A DNA stretch of 30,861 bases, filler included, from Acidimicrobiia bacterium (GCA_040878325.1; 2 parts of 2 records of this genome joined end to end with filler, not necessarily neighbours in it); one strand, 5' to 3'. Shown: positions 20,801-29,803, counted from the first letter of the whole stretch. The notes: generated from the sequence alone by a model not told the origin. A program made the numbers and translations.

Positions 20801-22550
20801 GGGACCCGTCGTCGGTGGCGCGTACGGTCGTCGAGTAGGGCGACCCGGCGTTGGCGAAGAAGGTGATGGTCCCCGAGATGATCCCGCTGTCGGCGTCGAT
20901 CGCCAGCCCGTCGGGCAGGTTGGTGGCTGTCCAGGTGAGGTCGTCACCATCCGGGTCGGATCCCGACATGGCGAAGGTCACCGGGTCGCCTTCGTCGTTG
21001 TTGCGATCGCCCGGATTGCCGACGATGGGAGCACGGTTGTTGTCGCTCACTGTCCAGGTGAAGGCCACTTCGGTGAACTCGCTCGGGTCGCCGTCGTCGG
21101 TGGCGCGCACCGTCACTGCATACGGCGAATCGTTGCTCGCGCCGAAATCGAGGGTGCCGGCGATCTCCCCCGTGTCGGCGTCGATCGTCAACGCGGTGGG
21201 CAACCCGGTGGCAGTCCAGGTGACATCGTCACCGTCGGGATCCGAGCCGCCGATCACCAGCGAGATGGTGTCGCCCTCGGCGGACGACTGGTCGGTGGGA
21301 GCGGTGACGAGCGGGGGGCGATTCACATTCGTCACCGTCCAGGTGAAGGCGACCTCGTCGAACATCACCGGCGAACCGTCGTCGGTGGCGCGAATCGTCA
21401 CCGAGTGGGGCGAAGCGGCGGCGGCGGCGAACGCCACCGTTCCCGACACGACGCCGCTGTCGGGGTCGATCGAGAGCCCATTCGGCAGGCCCGTTGCCGT
21501 CCAGGTGAGGTCGTCGGCGTCGGGGTCGGAGCCGGCGATTGCCAGGTTCACCGCGTCACCCTCGTCAGATGCCTGATCTCCGGGGCTGGTGACGGTGGGC
21601 TGGCGGTTCACGTCGGTGACGGTCCAGGTGAAGGTGTCCTCGTCGGTCTGGTTGGCGGGGTCGGTGACGGTGAGGGTGACCGCGTAGGGCGAGCCGGCGC
21701 CGGCGGTGGGGTCGATCGTCCCTGACACCAGCCCGGTGTCGGGATCGATGGAGATGCCCGGAGGAAGCCCGGTCGCCGAATAGGCGAGGTCGTCGCCGAG
21801 CGGATCGGTGGCCGATGCGCTGAACGACACGGCGTCCCCCTCAGCGTCGGTGCGATCGCCGAGGTCTTGGTCGAAGGTGGGCGGATCGTCGGAGATGATG
21901 GCCTCGATTTCGACGTTGTCGATGTAGATCTCGCTGCCGGAGTCGGCGGTCCCGTTCGAGACAATGCGAATGGTGGTGTCCGCCGAGATGTGAGCCGAGA
22001 TGTCGAACGACGCCGCCTGGGGCGAAGTGTGGGAAGTGCTGATCTGATAGGTCGCAAGCCGAGTCCAGGGTGCCGACCCGGTCGCTGATATTTCGACGTA
22101 GAACTCGGTCCTCGACGAGGGGAGTCCCTCGAACTGGTAGTCATAGGTGAATGTCGCCAATCCGGCGCCGGACACATCGACGCGGCGGTGGATGCCGATC
22201 ACCCCGGCAGGGTTGTCGTCCTCGATCAAGAGGCAGGGCCCCGAGGTGCATCGCTTCGTACTGAACGCCACGAAGCCGGCGCTGGGGCCATCGGACTCCC
22301 CGATCTCCACCCATGGATGCGAAGACCACGAGATCGTGCCGTTGCTGTTCGAATAGGACACCACATCGAGTTCGTCGCGATAGGTCCCATCACCGGCGGC
22401 GTCCGCGTCGGATCCGCCGGTAAAGGTCAACACCGTCACGGTGAGCACCGCGGTGACCGCGCCAATCACCCGAAAGAGACGCGCGGCGCGTCCCCGACGG
22501 CGTGAAGCGCGGACCGCGCCCTCATACGAGCGTTTCCGCCGCAATTCCAT
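17862..22550 (-). CDS. Large secreted or membrane-anchored surface protein: 10 He_PIG-type Ig repeats, one Big_9/cadherin-like domain, a hydrophobic segment and a C-terminal domain
   Basis: Arg-rich plus hydrophobic signal (...DADA/A); ten ~95-aa repeats NRxPx..DQxxxEGD.V.L...DPDGDxLTWxATGLPxGL.I...G.I.GT...V.VRATDDGxP....FTWTV; NEPPVIVED..GNDYDPEG domain. Start placed at ATG 22550. Confidence 0.88.
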   Translation of the reverse strand: MELRRKRSYEGAVRASRRRGRAARLFRVIGAVTAVLTVTVLTFTGGSDADAAGDGTYRDELDVVSYSNSNGTISWSSHPWVEIGESDGPSAGFVAFSTKRCTSGPCLLIEDDNPAGVIGIHRRVDVSGAGLATFTYDYQFEGLPSSRTEFYVEISATGSAPWTRLATYQISTSHTSPQAASFDISAHISADTTIRIVSNGTADSGSEIYIDNVEIEAIISDDPPTFDQDLGDRTDAEGDAVSFSASATDPLGDDLAYSATGLPPGISIDPDTGLVSGTIDPTAGAGSPYAVTLTVTDPANQTDEDTFTWTVTDVNRQPTVTSPGDQASDEGDAVNLAIAGSDPDADDLTWTATGLPNGLSIDPDSGVVSGTVAFAAAAASPHSVTIRATDDGSPVMFDEVAFTWTVTNVNRPPLVTAPTDQSSAEGDTISLVIGGSDPDGDDVTWTATGLPTALTIDADTGEIAGTLDFGASNDSPYAVTVRATDDGDPSEFTEVAFTWTVSDNNRAPIVGNPGDRNNDEGDPVTFAMSGSDPDGDDLTWTATNLPDGLAIDADSGIISGTITFFANAGSPYSTTVRATDDGSPNQFAEVAFTWTVADNNRVPLVTNPGDQTTAEGDPVSLQMDGSDPDGDDLTWGAFGLPLGLAIDPDSGLISGTPTYDAAGIHPVAVRATDDGFPAAFTEVSFTWTIDDTNRAPVMQSSSNRAGAEGDSVNLAMAATDPDGDGLTWSATGLPPGLTIGSSSGNITGTIGYNASPGSPYSVTVRATDDGSPSLSDETTFTWTVANTNRAPTVASIPNQSSAEGMTVALPVSGLDPDGDNLTWSASGLPPGLTIDSGSGEVTGTLGFTAAGTHPVTVRATDDGSPSLFTDRSFTWTVANTNRAPTVQNPGPQTDDEGDAVSLSMSGSDPDGDRLSWSATGLPPGLAISPTSGLISGTLGFALAAEYSVTVVATDDGTPALQSQVSFTWMIGEVNRAPQIGVLTNRSSQAGANVTILPTAVDPDGDGLTWSATGLPGGAAISPSTGAITGAPTTPGTYSVTVMVTDDGAPPATDFASFAWSVEAPAGFPVGSAVATQQATVGVSLVLEVEAVHPDGLDLTFSASGLPDGLSIDSATGVIAGTPTTPQTRYTLVTVTDERGQAVVIGFVWIVLPVVNEPPVIVEDVIIVASDSAGPGGVVLDAVGNDYDPEGVALILVSAGPAEIGEVTVVDGMVVFRAPSHWLGTVTFPYTVTDGTTAVQGRVTITIDEALSTRLGTSVLAWDPTGPPPSFSEAPLTPSNSTEVVLGTLFQSLHVLRVPLALLGGAVLWSLLFGGLFNLGLVVRGGVPRLVRRSSHTFAVVMVPHGGKVDVTRGSGEGDVVARLLATERGLEATGRRIDVGQEQWIEIRTQSGKGSVPAFFVTEEVDRAGFAEDGEPLAMVRDFVSRLRARTDFGDLISRYGLFVAHHAPLIHFPPHLVPSVMEDSVTHIWKGRNPAYPDFEGTFDLAVATSVLDAYDHPGRELRVDTPVVPSTVIPVEFTNFHSVSIGADVHGPERLEQAAWLIMFSYEDGHPKIIGLVREG

Positions 22551-22647
22551 AGGGTTTTCTTCGGCGGGAACGAGATACGACCGAAGGTTCATGCCTCGCG
22601 ACGGCAAAGGGACTAGTCACCGGCCACCCGGGACCCCTGGACGCGTT

Positions 22648-22671
22648 GGGGGGGGGGTCCCCCCCCCCCCC
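22648..22671. repeat. Homopolymer tract G10-T-C13
   Basis: Counted directly; about 100 bp upstream of the surface-protein ATG. Confidence 0.9.
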
Positions 22672-22777
22672 GAAACCTCCCACTCGGTGCCCGTCGCCTG
22701 ATGATGACAATGGGAAAGGTAGGCCACCCGAGTGCGCAGGGAAAGACACAAACGACGATGCGAGAGGGGGCTAGTTA

Positions 22778-22829
22778 TGGGCCTCGCTGTGCTCGGCCGC
22801 GATTAGCGATTGGCCAGAACGCGCCGGAC
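22778..22829 (-). repeat. Heptamer module GTCCGGCGCGTTCTG-(GCYAATC)2-GCGGCCGAGCACAGCGAGGCCCA
   Basis: Reverse complement matches 24493-24558 and 16539-16577. Confidence 0.8.
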
Positions 22830-22836
22830 CCCTCGG

Positions 22837-22886
22837 GTCCTCCTCCGGCTTCCGGGGGAGGTGGCGAGCGAGGCGAGACGGAGGGG
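22837..22886 (+). repeat. REP-like double-hairpin element GTCCTCCTCCGG-loop-CCGGGGGAGG-TGGC-[inner hairpin]-GACGGAGGGG
   Basis: 47/50 identical to the reverse complement of 29651-29700. Confidence 0.9.
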
Positions 22887-22956
22887 TAGCTGAGACAGCG
22901 TGCGGCCCGACGACGATCCGGAAGGCGGAAGGCGGAGCGCCGAACGCGTCTCCTCC

Positions 22957-24372
22957 TCAGCCCCGGGTTTGCACTCCTGAGTCGGCAGATTCTCGGTACA
23001 TCGTGGGGGTTTCGGCTTTGGCGAGGGGGATGCGGATCACGAAGGAGGTCCAGCCTTCACGGCGTTCGTACCAGACGGCGCCGCCCATTCCTTCGGCGAG
23101 GGCTCGCACGATGGAGAGTCCGAGGCCCACCGATCCCAGCACCAGCGGCATCTCGCCTTGGTGGAGGAACCGCTGGAAGAGGCGGTCGCGTAGTTCGTCG
23201 GGGATGCCGTCCCCGTCGTCTTCGACCCGGATCTCGTACCAGCCGGCGACGACCTGGCCGAAAACCCGAATGTTCGCCCCCCCGTACTTGCGGGCGTTCG
23301 ACAGCAGGTTGCGGACCACCTGGCGGAGTCGGAGGCGGTCGGAGCGGACCAGGGCCGGGGCACATGCAACGCCGATCTCGACACCGGCCTTCCGGATCGG
23401 GCCGACCACTTCGGCCACCTCGTCGAGGACGTTGAGATTCTCGAACTGGTAGTGGAGCGCGCCGGCGTCGAGGCGGGCGGTGGTGAGAAGGTCGTCGACC
23501 ATCCGGGCGAGGTCGTTGGCTTCGCTGATGATCATCCCGGTCATCTCGATGGCGGTGCCCGACTGGACCACGAGCGGGTCCTCTTCGAGCAGATGCGCCA
23601 AACCGAGGATCGATGTCAAAGGTGTCCTGAGCTCGTGGGAGGCGTTGGCCACGAACTCATCCCGGGCCTTGCCCAACTCCTTCTCGGTCTCGAGGCGGAT
23701 CTCGAGGTCGCTCTGACGCTGCTGCCGCCGTGCGAGTTCGCGGTAGATCACGATCGCCGAGGTCGGCACGAAGAATGCAACAAGGAATCTGGCGACGTCG
23801 CCGATTCGGCCCATCAGAGCATTGGAGGCCGCCACCTGCTCGGCGCGGAAGTCGCGCTCCACCACCACCGTGCCCACGAGGGACCGAAAGTCCCGGTCCA
23901 GCGCCGTCACCGCGGTCTCCTGGGCCCCGGCGAGGTCGCCCTGCTCCAACGCCTCGAGGATGGTCAGCACCGTCACCCGGAAGGTCGCCGCCGAGGATTC
24001 GATCGAAGCATCCACCCGCCCGGTTGCCTTCACCATGCCCTCGAGCGACGACTGCAGGTCGTCGATCGCCAAACGAACGTCGTCGACGGCGAGGTCGATG
24101 GCATCGCCGGCGTCGAACTGAAAGTCCCGCTCGAGCAGGCTGAGGTGGGTGGCCATGCCCGCCTGCGATCGTGCCACCGTGGCGGCGCGCAGCGCCTCCC
24201 CGGCGTTGTGGAGCGCGGTGGCGTGTCCCGCCACGGCGCGGCTGCCGAATGAAATCGAGAACACCAGGGCGAACACCACGACGATGGCCACGCCCGCCCC
24301 CAAGGTGAGGGCAGCGAGCCTTCCCCGTGTCTGGTTCACGCCGCGCTCATCACGCCGCGCCCGAATAGCCAT
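22957..24372 (-). CDS. Membrane-bound sensor histidine kinase (no adjacent response regulator)
   Basis: Two TM helices around a helical periplasmic domain; H box ASHELRTPLTSI; N box NLLSNARKY; DDGDGI; GLGLSIV. Confidence 0.93.
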   Translation of the reverse strand: MAIRARRDERGVNQTRGRLAALTLGAGVAIVVVFALVFSISFGSRAVAGHATALHNAGEALRAATVARSQAGMATHLSLLERDFQFDAGDAIDLAVDDVRLAIDDLQSSLEGMVKATGRVDASIESSAATFRVTVLTILEALEQGDLAGAQETAVTALDRDFRSLVGTVVVERDFRAEQVAASNALMGRIGDVARFLVAFFVPTSAIVIYRELARRQQRQSDLEIRLETEKELGKARDEFVANASHELRTPLTSILGLAHLLEEDPLVVQSGTAIEMTGMIISEANDLARMVDDLLTTARLDAGALHYQFENLNVLDEVAEVVGPIRKAGVEIGVACAPALVRSDRLRLRQVVRNLLSNARKYGGANIRVFGQVVAGWYEIRVEDDGDGIPDELRDRLFQRFLHQGEMPLVLGSVGLGLSIVRALAEGMGGAVWYERREGWTSFVIRIPLAKAETPTMYRESADSGVQTRG

Positions 24373-24379
24373 TCCGGCT

Positions 24380-24407
24380 GTATCGGACGGTTTGAGCGGA
24401 GGGTTTA
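24380..24407 (-). promoter_or_regulatory. sigma28/WhiG-like promoter TAAA-N16-TCCGATAC
   Basis: Read on the minus strand; ends 7 nt before ATG 24372. Confidence 0.55.
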
Positions 24408-24443
24408 TGGCCCAAGTAACAGCCACCCGCCACCCGCCAGAGT

Positions 24444-24560
24444 CAAGAGCCAAGAATCAAGAGCAAAGACAAGACAAGCAGGCGTCCGGGCCGTCCGACG
24501 CGTTCTGTCGAATTGCGAATTGCCAATTGCGAATTGCGGCCGAGCAAAGCGAGGCCCACA
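24444..24560 (+). repeat. Composite heptamer module: (CAAGARY)n, spacer, GTCCGACGCGTTCTG, (GCSAATT)n, GCGGCCGAGCAAAGCGAGGCC
   Basis: Same order of parts as 16498-16577. Confidence 0.85.
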
Positions 24561-24610
24561 GCGAGGCCCCATTCGTGGCAATCTGTGGGGCGCAGTCCAA
24601 GGAGGCCGGG

Positions 24611-25726
24611 TTGATCGTCGGGGTGCCGCGGGAGATCAAGACCGAGGAGTACCGCGTTGCCATGACCCCGGTGGGGGTGCGGGAACTCGCCGCCCACGGT
24701 CACCGCATCCTGGTGCAGACCGGGGCGGGTTCGGGGTCCTACATCGACGACGACGCCTACCTGGCGGTCGGCGCCGAAATCGTGCCGGACGCCGCGGCAG
24801 TGTTCGAGGGCGCCGACATGATCGTGAAGGTCAAGGAGCCCCAGCCGTCGGAGATCGCCATGCTCCGGCCGCGGCATGTTCTGTTCACCTACCTCCATCT
24901 GGCAGCATATCCCGAGGAGGCCAAAGGCCTGATCGCATCGGGGTGCACCGCCATCGCCTATGAGACGGTCCAACTTCTCTCGGGCGCGCTTCCGCTGTTG
25001 GCCCCGATGAGTGAGATCGCCGGCCGGATGGCGGTGCAGGCCGGAGCCCACCATCTCGAGCGTCCCAAAGGGGGCCGCGGGGTGCTCCTCGGCGGCGTTC
25101 CCGGCGTGCCGCCGGCGAAGGTGACGGTGCTCGGAGCCGGGATGGCCGGGAGGAACTCGGCGATGATCGCCGCGGGCATGGGCGCCGAGGTGGCGGTGCT
25201 CGACATCAACGTGGCCCCGCTGCGCCACCTCGATGAGCTCAACTGGGGCCGGGTCACCACGGTGACCTCGTCGGTGCTTGCCATCGAAGACCATGTCGCC
25301 GCCTCCGACCTGGTGATCGGGGCGGTGCTCATCCCCGGCGCCCGTGCCCCGATCGTCGTGACCGCAGACATGGTCGCCCAGATGCGTCCCGGCAGCGTGG
25401 TCGTCGACATCTCCATCGACCAGGGGGGCTGTATCGCCACTGCCCGGGAGACCACCCACTCGAACCCGGTGTACGACGTGGGCGGAGTGGTCCACTACGC
25501 GGTGGGCAACATCCCCGGTGCCGTGCCCCATACCGCCACCTACGCCCTCACCAACGCCACCCTCCCCTATGTGGTGGCCCTTGCCGGCGGCCTCCAGGCA
25601 GCGATCCAGCGGCATCCCGAATTGATCGGCGGCATCAACGTGGCCGGAGGTTCGGTGACGAATCTGGCGGTGGCTGATTACCTCGGCATCGAGCAGGCAG
25701 ACGCCAGGGCGGCGGTGGGGGCCTAG
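24611..25726 (+). CDS. ald: Alanine dehydrogenase
   Basis: AAGGAGG SD then TTG at 24611; IVGVPREIK, KVKEP, LFTYLHLAA, LLAPMSEIAGR, DISIDQGG and NIPGAVP motifs. Confidence 0.97.
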   Translation: MIVGVPREIKTEEYRVAMTPVGVRELAAHGHRILVQTGAGSGSYIDDDAYLAVGAEIVPDAAAVFEGADMIVKVKEPQPSEIAMLRPRHVLFTYLHLAAYPEEAKGLIASGCTAIAYETVQLLSGALPLLAPMSEIAGRMAVQAGAHHLERPKGGRGVLLGGVPGVPPAKVTVLGAGMAGRNSAMIAAGMGAEVAVLDINVAPLRHLDELNWGRVTTVTSSVLAIEDHVAASDLVIGAVLIPGARAPIVVTADMVAQMRPGSVVVDISIDQGGCIATARETTHSNPVYDVGGVVHYAVGNIPGAVPHTATYALTNATLPYVVALAGGLQAAIQRHPELIGGINVAGGSVTNLAVADYLGIEQADARAAVGA

Positions 25727-26157
25727 GGGCTCAGCGCCCCGACCAGCGACTCTTGGAGATAACCCAGGTAGTGGAGCATCGCCACTTCGGGATCCTCGAC
25801 CGAGGCGGACTCCTCCCACCCATCCTCTTCGATTCCGAGGCGCATCGCCAGCACGATCCTTCCCTCGCCAATGACCCTCATCAGCGCCTCCGCCTGCTCG
25901 ATGTCCAACGACCGGGCGTTGATGGCCGCCGCAAACGCTTCACGGTCGGCGGCGCGCAAGTTCCCCAGGTGATCGCCCACCAGTTCCTGATAGCGCCGGT
26001 CGGCGGCGGGATCTTCGGGGTGTACCTGGTATTCGAACCGGCCTCCCGCTCCCCCGGCCTCCTCGATCACCGCGGGAAGACCCGAGATCGCCGCCCGCTC
26101 CGGCTCCGACAGCCGCACCTTGATCGATTCGCCGTGGCGTTCGAAGGGCACGCTCAC
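25723..26157 (-). CDS. DUF2017-family protein (ClpS-associated)
   Basis: GTG at 26157 overlaps the clpS stop; RIVLAMRLGIEED...LGYLQESLVGAL; clpS-DUF2017 linkage is typical of actinobacteria. Confidence 0.75.
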   Translation of the reverse strand: MSVPFERHGESIKVRLSEPERAAISGLPAVIEEAGGAGGRFEYQVHPEDPAADRRYQELVGDHLGNLRAADREAFAAAINARSLDIEQAEALMRVIGEGRIVLAMRLGIEEDGWEESASVEDPEVAMLHYLGYLQESLVGALSP

Positions 26158-26444
26158 GTCTTTTCCAGGGTGGCCCACAGCCCGTGGTGGTGGAGCCGCT
26201 GGCAGTCGAGTTCCACCTTCTCGAGCGGTCCACTGGAGACGATGGCACGGCCGTCGTGATGCACCTGCAGCATGAGCCGCGTCGCTTTCTCCACCGGATA
26301 GCCGAAGAGTTTGCGGAACACCCACACCACATAGGACATCAGGTTGACCGGATCGTTCCACACCACTACATGCCAGGGATGGTCGGGCTGATCGAGGTCG
26401 TCGACTACCGGATCGTCGACCGGCGTGGTGGTGGGGGCCGTCAC
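26154..26444 (-). CDS. clpS: ATP-dependent Clp protease adaptor ClpS
   Basis: PWHVVVWNDPVNLMSYVVWVFRKLF...LMLQVHHDGRAIV; GTG at 26444 overlaps the upstream stop. Confidence 0.95.
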   Translation of the reverse strand: MTAPTTTPVDDPVVDDLDQPDHPWHVVVWNDPVNLMSYVVWVFRKLFGYPVEKATRLMLQVHHDGRAIVSSGPLEKVELDCQRLHHHGLWATLEKT

Positions 26445-26662
26445 GAGGTCTTCTTGCTGTCGAGTATCGAAGAAAGCCGCTGGATGTTGAGCCACTCTTC
26501 GAAGTCGATCCGCGAGATCCGCCACTCCCGACCCATCTTCACGGCCGGGAGCTCACCGGATCGCAGCACCCGGGTGACGACGAAGGTCGACACCCCCATG
26601 TATTCGCAGATGTCGGCCACCGACAGCCAGTCCTTGTCGATCTCGACTCTGATCCGCTCCAC
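26441..26662 (-). CDS. Small excisionase/BldC-like (HTH_17) DNA-binding protein, 73 aa
   Basis: WLSVADICEYMGVSTFVVTRVLRSGELPAVKMGREWRISRIDFEEWL. TACCCT lies 6 nt before GTG 26662. Confidence 0.88.
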   Translation of the reverse strand: MERIRVEIDKDWLSVADICEYMGVSTFVVTRVLRSGELPAVKMGREWRISRIDFEEWLNIQRLSSILDSKKTS

Positions 26663-26706
26663 CCCACCAGGGTACCGGCGGCCGGGCGCACCGGGAAGGG
26701 TGGCGA

Positions 26707-29472
26707 TCAGCCCGGAGCGGTGATGAGGTCGACGCGCCCGTCCAGATCGAGGGTCCTGCCCGACTCTCGAGCCTGCGCCGCCCGGTCGGTGTCGAGGCCG
26801 GCAGCGATCGCCTCCCCGACCTGATTGCGCAGACCGTCGAGGACCCACCAGAGGACATTCCCCTCCTCCTCTTCGGCACCGACGGCACCGAGGCAACGGG
26901 CAGCATGATCGAGATCTCCGCGGCGTGCATCGACGACGGCGCGGAACACGAGGTTGACCACCCTCACGGCACCGAAGGCACGCACATCTGGGTTCTCGAA
27001 CGAACGACGGGCGTGCTCAACATACCGGTCGAGGGCTAGATCGTCTCCTGCCTCTGCCTCGCAGAACGCCAGGTATGCCCTGGACTGCGGCACGTAGTTT
27101 TCGAGACCCCCGCCTTCAGCTTGAGCGAGGGCCTGCTGAAGCGCCTCCCGGGCGCGCTGCGGCTCGCCCGCAGAGAGCTCGAAGAACCCCACCTGGAAGT
27201 ACTGCTCGACGAGCCGTTGAGCCGACTGGAGAGCCCGCGACGCGGCAATGGCATCCTTGAACCTCTCCCGGGCGCCCTCGATGTCGCCCGAGCGCCCGGC
27301 GGACTCGGCGAGATTGCCGAGGGAGACGGCGAGGCCGGCGGGATCCCCGATGCGCCGCGACACCTCGAGCGCCTGCTCGTTCAGGTCCCCGGCGCGGTCG
27401 TACTCGCCGAGGCCCTCCATCTCGGCGCCGAGATTGATCAGCGCCGCTGAGTAGCCGTGCATCAAGAGGGATGGGTCGGCGCCCTCCTCGTCGAGGCGCC
27501 GGTAGAGCTCGATCGACTCCTCGAGCATCGGCACCGAATCGAGGTGGCGCTCGGTGCTGATGAGGAGCGTGCCAAGTCCGAGGAGCCCCTGGGCCCGTGC
27601 GTGCATCGGAGCATTCTCGCCTGCCGCCTCGACGGCTCGTTCTAACCACCCCACCCCCTCCGACCACCTGGCCTTGAACCACCAGAAGCGCCAGAAACCC
27701 CCGGCAATCTCCAGCGCCAGTGCCGGCTCTCCGCCTTCGATCGCCCAGGTCATCGCCTGACGCAGGTTGTCCAACTCGGTGTCGATTCGCTGCCACCACT
27801 CCTGCTCGCGCGGCCCCCGGATGTTTTTCCCCGCCTCGACCGACATGTCCCGGAACCAGCCGGCATGTCGGCGGCGGAACTCGTCGGCGGCGCCCGACTC
27901 GTCGAGCCGGTCTCGGGCGAACTGCCGCAGGGTCTCCAGTAGGCGATAACGGGCGTCGTCGCCCTCCGAGTCGACCGCCACCAGCGACTTGTCGACCAGC
28001 GAGGGGAGCAGCTCGAGGACGCTGAGCACATCCAACCCCTCGTCGGTGCAGATGTCTTCGACGGCCTCGAGGGTGAACCCGCCCTGGAAGACAGAAAGCC
28101 GCTCGAAGAGACGCCGCTCCGGGGGGTCCAGCAGCCGGTAGGACCAGTCGATGGCCGCCGACAGCGTCTGCTGCCGGGGCAGGGCGGTGCGGCTCCCCCC
28201 GGTGAGGAGGCGGAACCGCTGGTCGAGGTTCTCGGCAATCTGCTTGGGGCTGAAGGTACGCAGCCGCGCCGCCGCCAGCTCCAGGGCGAGCGGCATCCCG
28301 TCGAGGCGCCGGCAGATCTCGGTGACCGCGGGCGCCATGGCGTCGTTCATGTGGAAGTTGGGCTGCCCGGCCTGAGCCCGTTCCAGGAAGAGCCGCACCG
28401 CGTCGTAGCGCACCAACTCCGCGAGGTCCGGAGTGTCGCCTCTGCGAGGCATGGCCAGCGACGGCATCCCGTAGGCGACCTCTCCGCTCACCCCGAGCAG
28501 TTCCCGGCTGGTAGCCATGACCTTGACCTCCGGCGCGCCGGAAATGACGTCGTCGACGAACTCGGCCGCCGCCGAGATCAGATGCTCACAGTTGTCGACG
28601 ATCAGCAGCGCCTGGCGTCCGGCGAGGTGGTCGATGATCGACTGGCGAATGGTCCGGCCGGGGGGTTGAGCCACGCCGAGGGCGTCGGCGGCCGTCGCGT
28701 CGATGAGGTCGGAATCGGTGATGGCGCCAAGCTCGACGAGCCAGGTCCCGCCGGGGAATTCGTCGACCAGTTCCACCGCCGCCTGGATGGACAGCCGGGT
28801 CTTGCCTGCACCGCCGACCCCGGTGACAGTGAGCACCCGGGCGCCACGGATCAGCTTCTTGACCTCTTCCATCTCCTGGTCACGGCCAACGAATGACGTG
28901 GCCAGGGTGGGCAGGTTGTTGGGCACCATATCGGGAGTGCGCAGCGGCGGGAAGTCGCCGGCCACTCCCTCGATGTCCATCTGGAAGATTTGCTCCGATC
29001 GGGCCAGGTCGCGCAGCCGGTGCTCACCCAGATCGCGAAAGGCCACTCCATCGCCCACAGAACCACCCGCCATCCGCTCGGTGACCAGGCTCACCAGCAC
29101 CTGGCCACCGTGAGCGACGGAGAGCAGCCGGGAGGTGCGGTTGAGCGCAGGGCCGAAGTAGTCGTCGTCGCGCTCCTCCGCCTCACCGGTGTGGACCGCG
29201 ATCCGAACCTTGAGCGCCCCCACATCGGGATGGACCATCTCAGAGAAGCGACGGGCCACGTCGGCCGCCGCAGCGAGCGAGTCGGCCGCCGACCCGAACA
29301 CCGAGAGCGCCCCATCGCCGGTGTGCTTGAACACCTTCCCGCCGTGGGCGTCGACGACCTTACGGATCAACTCGTCATGGTCGCTCAGCGCCTTCTTCAT
29401 CGCCTGTGGGTGCAGATCCCACAGGCGCGTCGAGCCCTCGATGTCGGTGAACAGAAAGGTGAGGGCAGGCAT
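26707..29472 (-). CDS. Class III adenylate cyclase - STAND (NB-ARC-like) NTPase - TPR protein
   Basis: FTDIEGST, FKHTGDG, HTGE and DYFGPALNRTSRL cyclase motifs; Walker A GVGGAGKT; LIVDNCEH; LDGMPLALELAA; helical repeats. Start at ATG 29472; the upstream extension is repeat DNA. Confidence 0.92.
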   Translation of the reverse strand: MPALTFLFTDIEGSTRLWDLHPQAMKKALSDHDELIRKVVDAHGGKVFKHTGDGALSVFGSAADSLAAAADVARRFSEMVHPDVGALKVRIAVHTGEAEERDDDYFGPALNRTSRLLSVAHGGQVLVSLVTERMAGGSVGDGVAFRDLGEHRLRDLARSEQIFQMDIEGVAGDFPPLRTPDMVPNNLPTLATSFVGRDQEMEEVKKLIRGARVLTVTGVGGAGKTRLSIQAAVELVDEFPGGTWLVELGAITDSDLIDATAADALGVAQPPGRTIRQSIIDHLAGRQALLIVDNCEHLISAAAEFVDDVISGAPEVKVMATSRELLGVSGEVAYGMPSLAMPRRGDTPDLAELVRYDAVRLFLERAQAGQPNFHMNDAMAPAVTEICRRLDGMPLALELAAARLRTFSPKQIAENLDQRFRLLTGGSRTALPRQQTLSAAIDWSYRLLDPPERRLFERLSVFQGGFTLEAVEDICTDEGLDVLSVLELLPSLVDKSLVAVDSEGDDARYRLLETLRQFARDRLDESGAADEFRRRHAGWFRDMSVEAGKNIRGPREQEWWQRIDTELDNLRQAMTWAIEGGEPALALEIAGGFWRFWWFKARWSEGVGWLERAVEAAGENAPMHARAQGLLGLGTLLISTERHLDSVPMLEESIELYRRLDEEGADPSLLMHGYSAALINLGAEMEGLGEYDRAGDLNEQALEVSRRIGDPAGLAVSLGNLAESAGRSGDIEGARERFKDAIAASRALQSAQRLVEQYFQVGFFELSAGEPQRAREALQQALAQAEGGGLENYVPQSRAYLAFCEAEAGDDLALDRYVEHARRSFENPDVRAFGAVRVVNLVFRAVVDARRGDLDHAARCLGAVGAEEEEGNVLWWVLDGLRNQVGEAIAAGLDTDRAAQARESGRTLDLDGRVDLITAPG

Positions 29473-29535
29473 TGGAGGTGAACGGTACCGGGAGTCGTAT
29501 GCAACCGTTGGCCGAAGATGGCAGCAGACGGCGGC

Positions 29536-29761
29536 GTCTTCCCCCGGCCTCCGGGGGAAGTACGGGAACCCTTCGGGTTCCTGGGGATGGGGGACACGCC
29601 CACAGCGGGCGGTCAGATCGGGTCCAGTCCCCCGCACCGGTCTCAGCCATCCCCTCCGTCGCGCTTCGCTCGCCACCTCCCCCGGAAACCGGAGGAGGAC
29701 CCACCCCCTCCGTCACCGCCGCAACGGCGGCGCCACCTCCCCCGGAAAGCCGGGGGAGGAC
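29536..29761. repeat. Cluster of three REP-like double-hairpin elements (29536-29593 forward; 29651-29700 and 29704-29761 reverse)
   Basis: Shared CYTCCYCCGG..CCGGGGGARG hairpin with different inner hairpins. Confidence 0.9.
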
Positions 29762-29775
29762 GTGAAAACCACCAC

Positions 29776-29803
29776 TCAACCCGCCGGTGACTAGTGCCGA
29801 TGG
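29776..29803 (+). promoter_or_regulatory. sigma28/WhiG-like promoter TCAA-N16-GCCGATGG, overlapped by an inverted GACTAGT/ACTAGTC pair
   Basis: TCAA at 29776-29779, GCCGATGG at 29796-29803, 7 nt before ATG 29811. Confidence 0.55.

Noticed and set aside
22551..22780. c-di-GMP or c-di-AMP riboswitch upstream of the surface protein
   Set aside because: No GGCAAAC...GAAA...GCAAAG or ydaO-type conserved motifs on the sense strand.
26441..26662. Prophage or integrative element marked by the excisionase-like gene
   Set aside because: No integrase, att site or phage genes; the gene is coupled to housekeeping clpS.
29473..29676. N-terminal extensions of the cyclase (also aroF 15305-15637, kinase 24373-24453, ald 24149-24610)
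   Set aside because: They run through repeat or promoter DNA, and better-supported starts with SD or -10 boxes lie downstream.
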